From positions 55,822 through 119,821 of the forward strand of contig CAZIGK010000005.1 of NCBI GenBank assembly GCA_964538615.1: a DNA stretch of 64,000 nucleotides. Direction: 5' to 3'. Positions 38,937 to 48,332 of the stretch are shown here, one piece after another. Below the pieces are notes generated by a model. That model saw nothing but the letters and a program-made list of their open reading frames with translations. It was not told where the DNA came from and did not search any database. The translations under genes were made by a program, and so were the position numbers. Within the stretch, counting starts at the first letter, position 1. Each line of letters begins with the position of its first letter. The stretch is from an uncultured Rickettsiales bacterium. Lineage in GTDB: Bacteria; Pseudomonadota; Alphaproteobacteria; Rickettsiales; RI-342.

Positions 38937-40145
38937 CTATTGTGGCATCAGGACCCAGTAGCTATTTTGCCGCTGTACCTGATAGCCCTCTGATTGCAGG
39001 GCAGTGGCCAGTTCCGTCATGCTGCCGGAGAAATGGAGGTAGGCGTCTGCCTGACGGGTGGTCATGGCGCTGACCTGAACGGATTGTACCATGGGTAGTT
39101 GTTCCAGCTTGCGGCGGATATTGGCCCATTCCCGCATGGATTGCAGCGGGGTGAGGATTTTGATCCGGCTAACGGTGGCGGAGGGCGTGGGTGTATTGTA
39201 GGGAAGGGGCTGGTTGGAGAGGTTTTGCAAGGTTGGAGCCGCCGTTGCCAGAGTCGGGGGCACCTGTGCGGGCAGGCTTTGCAGGATGCGGTCTGCCCCC
39301 ATTTGGAACAGGGCGTCCGCAATATCTATGGCTTCTGCCTCCACGCTGTGCTGCTGGCTGAGGTCAGCCATGCGGCTGAGCTTGATTTTCAAAGCGATAC
39401 GGCTGTTGGCGCGTTTGACCAGTGCGGCATCCGCGATCAGGACATCATCCGCCTGATAGCGGGTGGCCAATTGACGTAACGCCTGCGGGTCTTTTTGCTG
39501 TAATTGCGGCAGGGGGAACAGCACGTTATCCTGCTGATCAGCTTGTGGTACCAATACCTGAAACTGGCCGAACATGGCGCCCTGTTTGCGCTGCCATGCC
39601 TGATACCATGGGCTGGTGCTATCCCATAGCAGAATACCGCTTTGTGTGCGCAGAGCCGGAACAACCAGCAGCTTGGTGATGCGCACGTTCGGGTTGGCGC
39701 CATTGGGGTTTAACGGGTAAGCTGCGTTTGGGTCTGTTGCCGTGCCAACAGATGCGGGCATGGGGGCGACATTGGCAACCTGACCGAGCATATTCGCATC
39801 AAACATAATGGAGAGGGCAGCTTCGTAGCTTTTGGGGCCGATTTTCTCGTTCTGCACTTCGTAACTGCTGACAAGAGAGCTGATTTGATGGGGTTTTAGC
39901 CCTTGCAGTGGGGCAGCCAGCATGTTGGCTTCCACCAGCCGTTGCATGAGGGTTTGAAAGGCATCCTGCTCGGCTTTTTCAATGGCTTTAGCGCGGGCGT
40001 CTGTGCCATTGGCGGCTGTGGCCTGTGCCTTGACCCCTTCAATGTAATAAAGGCTTTGTTGTGCCTGTGCCGAGGGAATGTTCAGCCATACCAGCCAGGC
40101 AGAAAGCCACAGGCACAGGAGGGAACGGGACAGGCGTTGCATCAT
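38937..40145 (-). CDS. Secreted hypothetical protein (possibly DUF2066-type), 402 aa
   Basis: Signal peptide MMQRLSRSLLCLWLSAWLVWLNIPSAQA. Start trimmed to the ATG at the complement of 40143-40145. It sits 2 nt upstream of hdaA. The family name comes from remembered synteny only. Confidence 0.6.
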   Translation of the reverse strand: MMQRLSRSLLCLWLSAWLVWLNIPSAQAQQSLYYIEGVKAQATAANGTDARAKAIEKAEQDAFQTLMQRLVEANMLAAPLQGLKPHQISSLVSSYEVQNEKIGPKSYEAALSIMFDANMLGQVANVAPMPASVGTATDPNAAYPLNPNGANPNVRITKLLVVPALRTQSGILLWDSTSPWYQAWQRKQGAMFGQFQVLVPQADQQDNVLFPLPQLQQKDPQALRQLATRYQADDVLIADAALVKRANSRIALKIKLSRMADLSQQHSVEAEAIDIADALFQMGADRILQSLPAQVPPTLATAAPTLQNLSNQPLPYNTPTPSATVSRIKILTPLQSMREWANIRRKLEQLPMVQSVQVSAMTTRQADAYLHFSGSMTELATALQSEGYQVQRQNSYWVLMPQ

Positions 40146-40292
40146 GGTCGTACGTCTCCGGACGGCAGAGGGGTAAAGGATGCATGCCTGCTTGCGCCGT
40201 GCCCGAAACAGGGTTATGGATAGCAGCGGCTGCATCGTTAAAAAATCTATGGAGCCTATCAATAAGCGATTCTGACCTTTAAGGAAAGTCCC

Positions 40293-41327
40293 ATGACACA
40301 TTATCAGGCCGCCGGAGTGGATATTGATGCCGGAAACCGTCTGGTTGATGCAATCAAGCCACAGGCGAAACGTACCCGGCGAAGCGGTTGTATGCAGGAT
40401 TTGGGGGGGTTTGGCGCATTGTTTGACCTGAAAGCGGCGGGGTATGATGACCCGATTCTGGTTTCGGCCACGGACGGAGTGGGTACCAAGCTGAAAATTG
40501 CCATTGATAGCGGATTGCACGATACGGTGGGGATTGATTTGGTGGCTATGTGTGTGAATGATCTGGTCGTGCAGGGAGCGGAGCCACTGTTCTTTCTGGA
40601 TTATTTTGCGACAGGTAAACTGGAGAATGCCGTGGCAGAGCGCGTGATTGCTGGCATTGCGGAAGGGTGTCATATCGCAGGGTGCGCACTGATTGGGGGT
40701 GAAACGGCAGAGATGCCCGGCATGTATGGGGCGGGAGATTATGATCTGGCAGGTTTTGCTGTGGGTGCGGTAAGCCGGGATAAATTACTGCCCGCCGCCA
40801 ACCTGCAAGCGGGAGATGTGGTGTTGGGTCTGGCTTCCAGCGGCGTGCACTCCAATGGTTATTCTCTGGTGCGGCATGTGATGAAGCAGCAGGGATTGGT
40901 CTGGAGCGATGCGGCGCCCTTTGCTGACGGACAAACACTGGCCGAAGCTTTGATGACCCCGACACGCATTTATGTAAAGCCCCTGTTGCAGGCCATAAAA
41001 GCAGGTGGCGTGAAGGCGCTGGCGCACATTACGGGCGGTGGATTGCTGGAAAATATTCCACGGGTATTGCCAGAGACCTTAGGGGTGGAATTGACCCTGC
41101 CCGCGCAGCGCCCTGCGGTGTTTGACTGGCTGCAACAGGCAGGTGGTATTGCACCAGTAGAAATGTGGCGCACCTTTAATTGTGGTATTGGCATGGTGGT
41201 GGTGGTGGATGCTGCCCGTGCCGATGCGTTGCAAGCTCTGTTGCGGGATGCCGGGGAGGAAGTGAACCATTTGGGCAGTGTGGTGCCGCGAGGTGCTGAA
41301 GCGGTGATGGTGCGCACGGCAGCCTGA
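40293..41327 (+). CDS. purM: Phosphoribosylformylglycinamidine cyclo-ligase
   Basis: ..[15 protein letters not shown].., ..[10 protein letters not shown].. and ..[16 protein letters not shown]... Confidence 0.95.
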   Translation: MTHYQAAGVDIDAGNRLVDAIKPQAKRTRRSGCMQDLGGFGALFDLKAAGYDDPILVSATDGVGTKLKIAIDSGLHDTVGIDLVAMCVNDLVVQGAEPLFFLDYFATGKLENAVAERVIAGIAEGCHIAGCALIGGETAEMPGMYGAGDYDLAGFAVGAVSRDKLLPAANLQAGDVVLGLASSGVHSNGYSLVRHVMKQQGLVWSDAAPFADGQTLAEALMTPTRIYVKPLLQAIKAGGVKALAHITGGGLLENIPRVLPETLGVELTLPAQRPAVFDWLQQAGGIAPVEMWRTFNCGIGMVVVVDAARADALQALLRDAGEEVNHLGSVVPRGAEAVMVRTAA

Positions 41328-41336
41328 GGATACGGG

Positions 41337-41948
41337 GTGATGAAGCGGCGGGTTGCGGTATTGATTTCGGGCGGGGGCAGTAATTTGCAAGCCTTGCTGG
41401 ATGCTGCTCAAGCGCCGGATTATCCGGCAGAGATTGTGCTGGTGCTGAGCAATAAGGCCGAGGCGTTTGGCTTACAGCGAGCTGCCAACGCCGGGGTGCC
41501 GACAGTGGTGGTATCGCATGGGGAGTATGCAAACCGCGAGAGCTATGACCGCGCCGTACAGGTGCTATTGGAGGCCTATGACGTAGAACTGGTGTGTCTG
41601 GCCGGGTTCATGCGGTTACTGTCCCCATGGTTTGTGCAGGAATGGCATGACCGGATGCTGAATATTCACCCGTCTCTGTTGCCGAGTTTTAAGGGGTTGC
41701 ATACGCATCGGCAGGCGTTGCAGGCGGGTGTGAAGCTGGCGGGCTGCACGGTGCATCTGGTACGTGCTGAGATGGATGTGGGGCCGATTGTGGCGCAGGC
41801 CGCTGTGCCGGTGCTGGATGAAGATACCGAAGAAACGCTGGCAGCACGGGTGTTGGTTCAAGAGCATCAACTATACCCGCAAGCCTTGCGCTGGTTGGCA
41901 GAAGGGCGGCTGCAAGTGCGGGAAGAACGTGTGTTTCTGAGACGGTAA
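41337..41948 (+). CDS. purN: Phosphoribosylglycinamide formyltransferase
   Basis: ..VAVLISGGGSNLQALLDA.., ..NIHPSLLPSFKG.. and ..GCTVH.V....D.GPI... Confidence 0.9.
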   Translation: MMKRRVAVLISGGGSNLQALLDAAQAPDYPAEIVLVLSNKAEAFGLQRAANAGVPTVVVSHGEYANRESYDRAVQVLLEAYDVELVCLAGFMRLLSPWFVQEWHDRMLNIHPSLLPSFKGLHTHRQALQAGVKLAGCTVHLVRAEMDVGPIVAQAAVPVLDEDTEETLAARVLVQEHQLYPQALRWLAEGRLQVREERVFLRR

Positions 41949-41979
41949 GGTTGTTGGCGCGTCGAAGGCTTTACGATCC

Positions 41980-42016
41980 AAAAAAAGCCCCGCTCAATCG
42001 GTGGCGGGGCTTTTTA
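41980..42016. terminator. Bidirectional Rho-independent terminator between purN and ndk
   Basis: Stem GCCCCGC (41987-41993) pairs with GCGGGGC (42004-42010), flanked by A7 upstream and T5 downstream. Confidence 0.75.
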
Positions 42017-42041
42017 TCTGTCGGAAACGAGGGGGTGGGGG

Positions 42042-42464
42042 TTAGCCAACAATCTCGATGCCGCTGAAAAAGAAGGCGATTTCAATCGCGGCGTTTTCTT
42101 CGCTATCGGAGCCGTGTACGGAATTACGCTCGATGTTTTCAGCGAAGAGTTTGCGGATGGTGCCTTCTGCCGCTTGTGCAGGGTTGGTGGCGCCCATGAT
42201 TTCGCGGTATTTCGCGACCGCATTGTCACCTTCCAATACCTGTACCACGACCGGGCCGGACACCATGTATTCCACCAGTTCATTGTAGAAAGGGCGCTCT
42301 TTATGTACGGCGTAGAACTCGCCCGCTTGCAGGCGGGATAGGCGCATGCGTTTTTGCGCGATGATGCGCAGGCCGGACTGTTCAATGACGCTGTTGATGG
42401 CGCCGGTCAGGTTGCGCGCAGTCGCATCCGGTTTAATGATGGAAAAAGTACGTTGCAAAGCCAT
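42042..42464 (-). CDS. ndk: Nucleoside diphosphate kinase
   Basis: [14 protein letters not shown].. and ..NSVHGSDS... Confidence 0.95.
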   Translation of the reverse strand: MALQRTFSIIKPDATARNLTGAINSVIEQSGLRIIAQKRMRLSRLQAGEFYAVHKERPFYNELVEYMVSGPVVVQVLEGDNAVAKYREIMGATNPAQAAEGTIRKLFAENIERNSVHGSDSEENAAIEIAFFFSGIEIVG

Positions 42465-42651
42465 GAAACTATCTCTCATTGGTTGAGGGGATGAAAGTCG
42501 CGGTCAACATAATGATTTTACGGCATCTTGCAAGCGGATAGCGATAGGGCTGTACATTTTTACTGAACTGTGCGATAACCATTTGTTAAGAAAAACCACT
42601 ACATCAGGGGCTGTGATGCAGATTTTCCTACCAGATATGGGGGAGATGCGC

Positions 42652-43728
42652 ATGCGTGGAGCAAGGGCTTTGCGCGGTGCGTGGTGCGTATGTTTGCCCG
42701 GTAAAACCTGGTTTATGGGGATGTGGCTGGTGCTGGGTCTGGCGGCTTGCCAGCATGCGCCGAACATGGGTTCAGAGGCTTTGGTGGCCAATGGTGTGGA
42801 TGACCCGTTTGCGCAGGCATTGGCGCAGCACTATTTGGCTTATGCGGCGACAGAGGCAGCCTATGAACATACGGAAAGTGCCGGGTGGTTCCGGCGCAAA
42901 GCTGAGCGTGTGCTGGATGGTGACAGGCTGGAAGCAGGTGACCCTGCCCTATATGCGCTGAAGCATGCACACTATGAACGGTTGCGGGCGGCGCGTGAGC
43001 ATTTGGTCATGTTGTTGATGCCTGAGCATAAACTACTGACGGCTTTGCCAGAGGATGCGGCAAAAGCGCAAGCGGCTTTCGATTGCTGGTTGATGCAGGC
43101 CAGCCCGGATGTGGCGGTGGCAAGCGATTGTCAGGCAGACTGGTTGCGCGCTGTGGACGTGCTGGAGCATGCATTATTACGGCATGTTGCGCCGCCGCTT
43201 CCGGAGGCGCCTGCAGAAGCTGTGACTGTACCTGTCACCTTGCCCTTGCACATGGCGGTGGGTTTGGCGCAGTTGGAAGCGGAGTCCCGCGAGGCGTTGC
43301 AGGCGTTGGTGCGGCAGTACGGAAAAAATGCAACCTATGAAATCTATCCCGCACTGGGCGAAGAAATGGCGGAAGCGCAGGAAGGTTCTCTGGTGGCGTT
43401 GCGGCAGTTGGCTGTGCAGAACTTACTGATGCGTTATGGTGTGCCGGTTGCCCACATTATTCCGATGCCGGAGGCTGCCGTGCGAACGGAAGGGCAGCCG
43501 AAGGGTGACCAGCGGACAGAATTTTATACGCAGCCTGTCGTGCGTGTGGTGCCGGGGACGGCTGCAAACGCTTTGGCGGATACGGTAAAGCAGGATGGAG
43601 CGGCAGAGCCGGGGGCGGAGACCGCGCCCGCGATGACATTGTGGCCGCAGGAGCAGCAAGCCAACGCAGCAGCGGAACCGATGCAACTGCTGCCGTTGAA
43701 AGAAGACGATGAGGAGGATGGGCAATGA
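42652..43728 (+). CDS. Lipoprotein, paralog of the downstream OmpA-family lipoprotein, with a degenerate OmpA-like C-terminal region and an acidic tail.
   Basis: Lipobox LVLGLAAC. It shares N-domain motifs with the next gene (..AFDCWL.. versus ..YFDCWV..). The start is uncertain (42583, 42652 or 42715). Confidence 0.65.
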   Translation: MRGARALRGAWCVCLPGKTWFMGMWLVLGLAACQHAPNMGSEALVANGVDDPFAQALAQHYLAYAATEAAYEHTESAGWFRRKAERVLDGDRLEAGDPALYALKHAHYERLRAAREHLVMLLMPEHKLLTALPEDAAKAQAAFDCWLMQASPDVAVASDCQADWLRAVDVLEHALLRHVAPPLPEAPAEAVTVPVTLPLHMAVGLAQLEAESREALQALVRQYGKNATYEIYPALGEEMAEAQEGSLVALRQLAVQNLLMRYGVPVAHIIPMPEAAVRTEGQPKGDQRTEFYTQPVVRVVPGTAANALADTVKQDGAAEPGAETAPAMTLWPQEQQANAAAEPMQLLPLKEDDEEDGQ

Positions 43729-44624
43729 CACGAACCAGCAGCGGGTATAGCGATAAAAGTGTGGTGATGCGAGCCTTTGGCTTGTTATTGGTGTCTCTGT
43801 TGCTGAGTGGTTGCTACACGGGTTTTAACCTACAGGAGTTAAAGCAGGCTGACCCGCAGGGCAGCGCGTATCATAAAGAACTGGCCGCGTTGTACCTGAT
43901 GTATTCAGAAGCGGAAGCAGACAATGCAGACTGGCGGGATTCTCAGTATTTTGCAGGTAAGGGGTTGCGTGCCATTTATGGACATGAAGTGCAGCCGGAA
44001 GTGGTGGAACGTTGGGATATTCACGGTGGGGCGCTGGTGGAACTGAAACAGGCGCGTGATGAGTTGCTGCCGTTGCTGAGTGACGCGGTGAAGGAAGCGC
44101 AGCCTGTCGCCGCAGCGCAGGCGGTTTTTTACTTTGATTGCTGGGTAGAAAATCAGGAGGAATATTGGAAACAACAGCCTATTGCTGCCTGTAAGGAAGG
44201 GTTGTATCACGCCATGAAAGAGTTGATGCCAGCCAATGTGGCAGAAGCTGACGTGGTGGTGGGCAAACCAGAAGTGCCGGAAATTGAAAGCACGGCCTAT
44301 ATGTTATTCTTTGCCCATAATGCCATTGATTTGAATGCTGAGGCGCTAGCAACGCTGGAATCTGTCGCCAAGGAATTGCAAGGGATGCAGGAAGAATACA
44401 CGGTGGTGATTAATGGGCATGCCGACCGCTCCGGCAATGAAAAGCTGAATTTGGAAATTGCGTTGAACCGCGCGGAAGCAGCGCGTGGTAAGCTGGTCGA
44501 ACTGGGGGTGCCGGATGCGCGTATTCAGGTGTTTTCGTTTGGGGAGTCTGCGCCTGCTGTGGCAACGCGCGATGACGTGGAAGAAGCGAAGAATCGCCGT
44601 GTGGAAATTTATATCACCCAGTAA
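43725..44624 (+). CDS. OmpA-family lipoprotein
   Basis: Lipobox LLLSGC and OmpA_C motifs ..INGHADRSGNEKLNLEIALNRAEAA..NRRVEI... ATGA overlap with the upstream gene. The alternative start at 43767 (MRAFGLL..) gives a cleaner signal peptide. Confidence 0.8.
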   Translation: MTRTSSGYSDKSVVMRAFGLLLVSLLLSGCYTGFNLQELKQADPQGSAYHKELAALYLMYSEAEADNADWRDSQYFAGKGLRAIYGHEVQPEVVERWDIHGGALVELKQARDELLPLLSDAVKEAQPVAAAQAVFYFDCWVENQEEYWKQQPIAACKEGLYHAMKELMPANVAEADVVVGKPEVPEIESTAYMLFFAHNAIDLNAEALATLESVAKELQGMQEEYTVVINGHADRSGNEKLNLEIALNRAEAARGKLVELGVPDARIQVFSFGESAPAVATRDDVEEAKNRRVEIYITQ

Positions 44625-44660
44625 GTTTGGGTATGTGCTGGGAATCTAACAGTCGCGCAG

Positions 44661-45677
44661 GTGCAAGAAGGGGATGGTTGCGTGGATGAATGGCAGCAGG
44701 CATTTTCGCTAATTCCCTGGCAAGACCGTAGTATGGTGGTGTTTTTTGCTCTGCTGGTGAATTATCTGGTGGGGCAGGCATGGCTGCTGGATCAGGTGCC
44801 GCGAGGGTTGTGGCCTGCCCAATGGCAGGCGAAGCTGCTGCGTTTTTTAGAAGTGAAGCTGAACCGACCAGAGAGAAGTGCGGGTGATATCATGTTTCGG
44901 GGGGGCTTTGCGCTGGCGTACCCTGTCTTGGTGGCGCTGGCTGCGGGATTGGCTCTGAGCCGTGTGCATCTGATGTATCCACCGCATGGGTGGATGGTGG
45001 AGCCGTTGGTACTGGGGCTGGTGTTGCGTTGGCGCTATGCGCGGGATATGGCTGTGTATGCGGTGGCATATCATCAGGATGTCACACTGGATCAGTTGCG
45101 GCGGAACCTGCAAGCAATCACCCGTTTGCGAACCGAGACGATGGATACTCATGGGTTATTTCGGATGTGCGCGGAAGAAACCACGCTGGCGTTTGGTGAA
45201 CGACTGGTGGGTGCCTGTTTGTGGTATGTGATATTGGGGTTACCGGGAGCATTAACAGCGGTCGCGGTTGCAGAGGCACATGCGTTACTGGGAAGGCCCT
45301 GCCGCGAATTGCGGGCATTTGGCCAGCCGGTGCGTGTATTATACCGCATCATGCTGACACCGGCATTGTGGTTGGCGGGGGGGATGCTGGCATTGGTGAG
45401 CGTGGGGGCGTTACAGTCCACCCCTTTTAAGGCATGGCAGGCGGCCTTGCAGTGGCAATGGGATGGACGGAATTATCTTTGGCGCGTTATGGCGCAGGCC
45501 ACAGGGATTCAACTGGGAGGAAAAACGCGTGTGTTGCGTTATGTTACCGAGCAGGGGTGGGTAGGGGATGGCGAGGCAAAAATGGATTTTCACCATGTCA
45601 AGCGTGTGCTGGCAGTAGAAAATCTGGCCGTATTGCTGTGGCTGCTGCTGACAGGAGGTGTTTTTTACGTTACATAG
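44661..45677 (+). CDS. Divergent CobD/CbiB-family membrane protein
   Basis: Multi-TM layout and C-terminal ..TGIQLGGKTRVLRYVTEQGWVGDGEA.., which resembles the CbiB ..LGIQLGG...Y.G.....P.IGD.. motif. The N-terminal HPxR motif is degenerate. GTG start at 44661 or ATG at 44733. Confidence 0.55.
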   Translation: MQEGDGCVDEWQQAFSLIPWQDRSMVVFFALLVNYLVGQAWLLDQVPRGLWPAQWQAKLLRFLEVKLNRPERSAGDIMFRGGFALAYPVLVALAAGLALSRVHLMYPPHGWMVEPLVLGLVLRWRYARDMAVYAVAYHQDVTLDQLRRNLQAITRLRTETMDTHGLFRMCAEETTLAFGERLVGACLWYVILGLPGALTAVAVAEAHALLGRPCRELRAFGQPVRVLYRIMLTPALWLAGGMLALVSVGALQSTPFKAWQAALQWQWDGRNYLWRVMAQATGIQLGGKTRVLRYVTEQGWVGDGEAKMDFHHVKRVLAVENLAVLLWLLLTGGVFYVT

Positions 45678-45704
45678 GGTGTATTGCTTTGACGCAGGTA
45701 GCCC

Positions 45705-46367
45705 ATGAACCCCACACCTTCCTCTGACCAAGATGCTATAACCCCACCGCAGGATGCGCCGGAGCCGACGTCTGTTTTTTTACAGCGTCTGGTGGATGAG
45801 CATCAGCATGACCATTTGAGTTTTGGCGATTTGATGCATGCCATGCATGAAAAAGGGTTTGCCTTTCTCATGCTATTCATGGTGTTGCCAAATTGTATTC
45901 CCATTCCGATTCCGCCGGGGGGATCAACGGTATTTTCTGTGCCAGTGTTGTTTCTGGCGGTGCAAATGGCGGCAGGCATGCATTATCCGTGGTTGCCAGC
46001 ATGGTTGCGTAAACGCGGGTTGAGCCGTAACAGTGTCGTGTTGATGGTGCAGAAATTCATGCCTTTTTTACGCCGTCTGGAAAAGGTGTTGAAAGTGCGT
46101 TACACCTTTGCCAGTCCGCGCACGATGGAGCGTTTGGTAGGAGCGTTCAGCCTGTTGTTTGGATTGTCTATTGCGGTGCCGCTGCCGATGACCAACTTTC
46201 CACCGGGTGTAGGGATTTTGGTGATGTCTCTGGGGCTACTGAGCCGGGATGGGTTGGCGGTTATTATTGGTATGGTTATTGGAACACTTGGTTGTATATT
46301 TACTACGTTGCTGTTGTTGTTGGGAACGCATGCCGTGGAAGCGATGTTGGGCATGACCTTGCAGTGA
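45705..46367 (+). CDS. exoD: Exopolysaccharide synthesis protein ExoD family
   Basis: ..LSFGDLMHAMHEKGFAFLMLFMVLPNCIPIPIPPGGST.. and ..YPWLPAWLRKR.. are family-typical. Confidence 0.7.
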   Translation: MNPTPSSDQDAITPPQDAPEPTSVFLQRLVDEHQHDHLSFGDLMHAMHEKGFAFLMLFMVLPNCIPIPIPPGGSTVFSVPVLFLAVQMAAGMHYPWLPAWLRKRGLSRNSVVLMVQKFMPFLRRLEKVLKVRYTFASPRTMERLVGAFSLLFGLSIAVPLPMTNFPPGVGILVMSLGLLSRDGLAVIIGMVIGTLGCIFTTLLLLLGTHAVEAMLGMTLQ

Positions 46368-46452
46368 ACACTCCTGACTTTAGGATCAGGCAGGATGCCA
46401 GAAGCAGGGCGTATGTGGCGTAGCAGCGTGGCGAGCCTCTGGTGGGCTGGCT

Positions 46453-46875
46453 TTATGGTAGCAGGATGCCTTTGCTGCCGGGTACGGCCATAGCGTCTGG
46501 AGAGATGTCGGTGGGAGGTGGCGGCATATCTGGATAGGGAAGGCTGCCATCGGCTCCATGCACGCTGTTCACGGGGGGGAAAGCCTCTGGCATATAGCGT
46601 TGCGGGTTTTGCAAACAATCCTGTAATTGTCGGGACGACCGCCAGCCGCAGTGACCATCCGGCTGCCTGATGCATTCACCGAAGCGGTTGTAACATTCGT
46701 CATGTGTGGAGAACATCATGGTACACATGGTGCTGCGTTCTTCCTGCGGGGTGGGGTCGCCACATTGTGCTCCGCCGCATCCCCATTTCCGGCAGGCAGC
46801 GTCCGCCTGGGATATAAAGGTGGTTATTGCCAATAGCATTAGCAGCGAGTAGAGCGTAAAGGAGTGAGGGCGCAT
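46453..46875 (-). CDS. Small secreted cysteine-rich protein (140 aa, 8 Cys in the mature part, Pro-rich tail)
   Basis: Signal peptide MRPHSFTLYSLLMLLAITTFISQADA and a strong SD (AAGGAAG) 6 nt upstream of the ATG (complement of 46873-46875). I recognise no family. Confidence 0.6.
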   Translation of the reverse strand: MRPHSFTLYSLLMLLAITTFISQADAACRKWGCGGAQCGDPTPQEERSTMCTMMFSTHDECYNRFGECIRQPDGHCGWRSSRQLQDCLQNPQRYMPEAFPPVNSVHGADGSLPYPDMPPPPTDISPDAMAVPGSKGILLP

Positions 46876-46909
46876 GGTGCTTCCTTTCAAACCTGGGCGG
46901 AATGGTGTG

Positions 46910-47383
46910 ATGAAACTGATAGTAGTTGCGGCTGTGGCTTTGTTCAATGAACATCATGAAGTGTTGCTGGCGGAACGCCCGGCAGGAAAGAGTATGGCAG
47001 GGTTGTGGGAGTTTCCCGGAGGCAAATTGGAGGTAGGGGAGACACCAGAAGCCGCACTGGTGCGTGAATGTGAAGAGGAGCTGGGGATTTGGATAGAAAC
47101 GAGACATCTGGTGCCACTGACTTTTGCCTCCCATAGTTATCAGGATCCACGGCAGGAAAAACAGCCGTTTCACCTGTTGATGCCGCTCTATGGTTGTTGG
47201 CAGTGGAAAGGGGATGTGCGTGCCAGAGAGGGGCAGGAACTGGCATGGGTTGCTGTGTCTGCTTTGTCGGAATACCCTATGCCGCCAGCGGATGCGCCTT
47301 TGGTGGCATATCTACAAATGTTATCGGCTGAGAAGTGGGTGGATGGCCTGCGCGTACATAAACCGGATAGTATGATGGCATAA
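46910..47383 (+). CDS. mutT: NUDIX hydrolase, MutT-like 8-oxo-dGTP diphosphatase
   Basis: Nudix box GLWEFPGGKLEVGETPEAALVRECEEELG. The start is either 46874 or 46910. Confidence 0.8.
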   Translation: MKLIVVAAVALFNEHHEVLLAERPAGKSMAGLWEFPGGKLEVGETPEAALVRECEEELGIWIETRHLVPLTFASHSYQDPRQEKQPFHLLMPLYGCWQWKGDVRAREGQELAWVAVSALSEYPMPPADAPLVAYLQMLSAEKWVDGLRVHKPDSMMA

Positions 47384-47422
47384 ACGTCGTTTGCTATGTG
47401 ACGAGTGATTTTTGCGGGTGCT

Positions 47423-47437
47423 TTAACACTCTCTTAA
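47423..47437 (+). promoter_or_regulatory. Perfect CtrA-box motif TTAA-N7-TTAA upstream of the pilin-like gene
   Basis: The sequence TTAACACTCTCTTAA lies 12 nt upstream of a TACAAT -10-like hexamer (47450-47455) and 61 nt upstream of the ATG at 47498. I did not see this motif in the other intergenic regions I inspected by eye. Confidence 0.4.
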
Positions 47438-47497
47438 ATGTCCTGCGCCTACAATGCGTAAACAGTTTCTTTATATGATCACGTGAAAGGTAACCCC

Positions 47498-48259
47498 ATG
47501 ATCACCCGCACTGTACAACAAAAACAATGCCCTAACACCGGTCGTGAAGGCGGCTTCACACTGGTGGAACTCTCCATCGTACTCGTCATTATCGGCTTGA
47601 TTGTCGGTGGGGTATTGGTGGGTCAGGATATGATCCGCGCCGCAGAGATTCGTGCAACTGTTGCACAAATTGAAAAACTGAACTCGGCAGTAAACTCGTT
47701 CCGGGCGAATTATAACGCTATTCCGGGTGACCTGACACGTGCGACCACCTTCCTTGCGGGGGGCAGTATCGCACTGGCGAATGGTAACGGGAACCGCTTG
47801 CTGGAAGATGCGTCAGTGACAGCCGGTACGGATACAACGTATGGGAATTCGTTTGATGGGGAAGTGCAGCAGCTTTGGGTACAGCTCAACGCGGCGGGGT
47901 TGACGGAAGGTGGTAACGGATCCAACACGGTGGTTGGGGATGGTTTGATGCAAACCAAGCTGGGCAGCGGTGGTATTACGGCATTTGGTCGGCCATCGGT
48001 TGGACGGAATATCTGGCACATGGGCGTGATTGATGGCTATGTGGTGCAGAATACGTTGACGCCGATTCAGGCTTACAACATTGATGCCAAGCTGGATGAT
48101 GGTCTGCCCATGAGTGGGGGTGTACTGGCGATGTCTGCGATGGCTACCCCAATTACACCAGCAGCGACGAATAACTGTGGTAGCAGTGGTACAACGCCTG
48201 CATCCTACATGGTGAACAATGGTGGCATTCTGTGTCAATTACAGTTCATTATGAACTAA
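47498..48259 (+). CDS. Type IV pilin / pseudopilin-like protein with a prepilin-type N-terminal cleavage/methylation domain
   Basis: Class III signal ..GREGG|FTLVELSIVLVIIGLIVGG with Glu at +5, and a C-terminal Cys pair ..NNCGSSGTTPASYMVNNGGILC... ATG at 47498 with an AAAGG SD; the track start is GTG at 47483. Confidence 0.8.
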   Translation: MITRTVQQKQCPNTGREGGFTLVELSIVLVIIGLIVGGVLVGQDMIRAAEIRATVAQIEKLNSAVNSFRANYNAIPGDLTRATTFLAGGSIALANGNGNRLLEDASVTAGTDTTYGNSFDGEVQQLWVQLNAAGLTEGGNGSNTVVGDGLMQTKLGSGGITAFGRPSVGRNIWHMGVIDGYVVQNTLTPIQAYNIDAKLDDGLPMSGGVLAMSAMATPITPAATNNCGSSGTTPASYMVNNGGILCQLQFIMN

Positions 48260-48282
48260 TGCCACAGTGATGTATGTGAAGA

Positions 48283-48310
48283 GGGGCTGCGCTAGGCAGC
48301 CCCTTTTTTT
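48283..48310 (+). terminator. Rho-independent terminator after the pilin-like gene
   Basis: Stem GGGGCUGC/GCAGCCCC followed by U7. Confidence 0.8.
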
Positions 48311-48332
48311 AGTTTGAAGAACAAGGGTATGT

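Noticed and set aside
40146-40673. 176-aa N-terminal extension of track ORF 38937..40673
   Set aside because: It overlaps purM on the opposite strand and lacks protein-like composition. The signal peptide starting at MMQRLSRS marks the plausible start.
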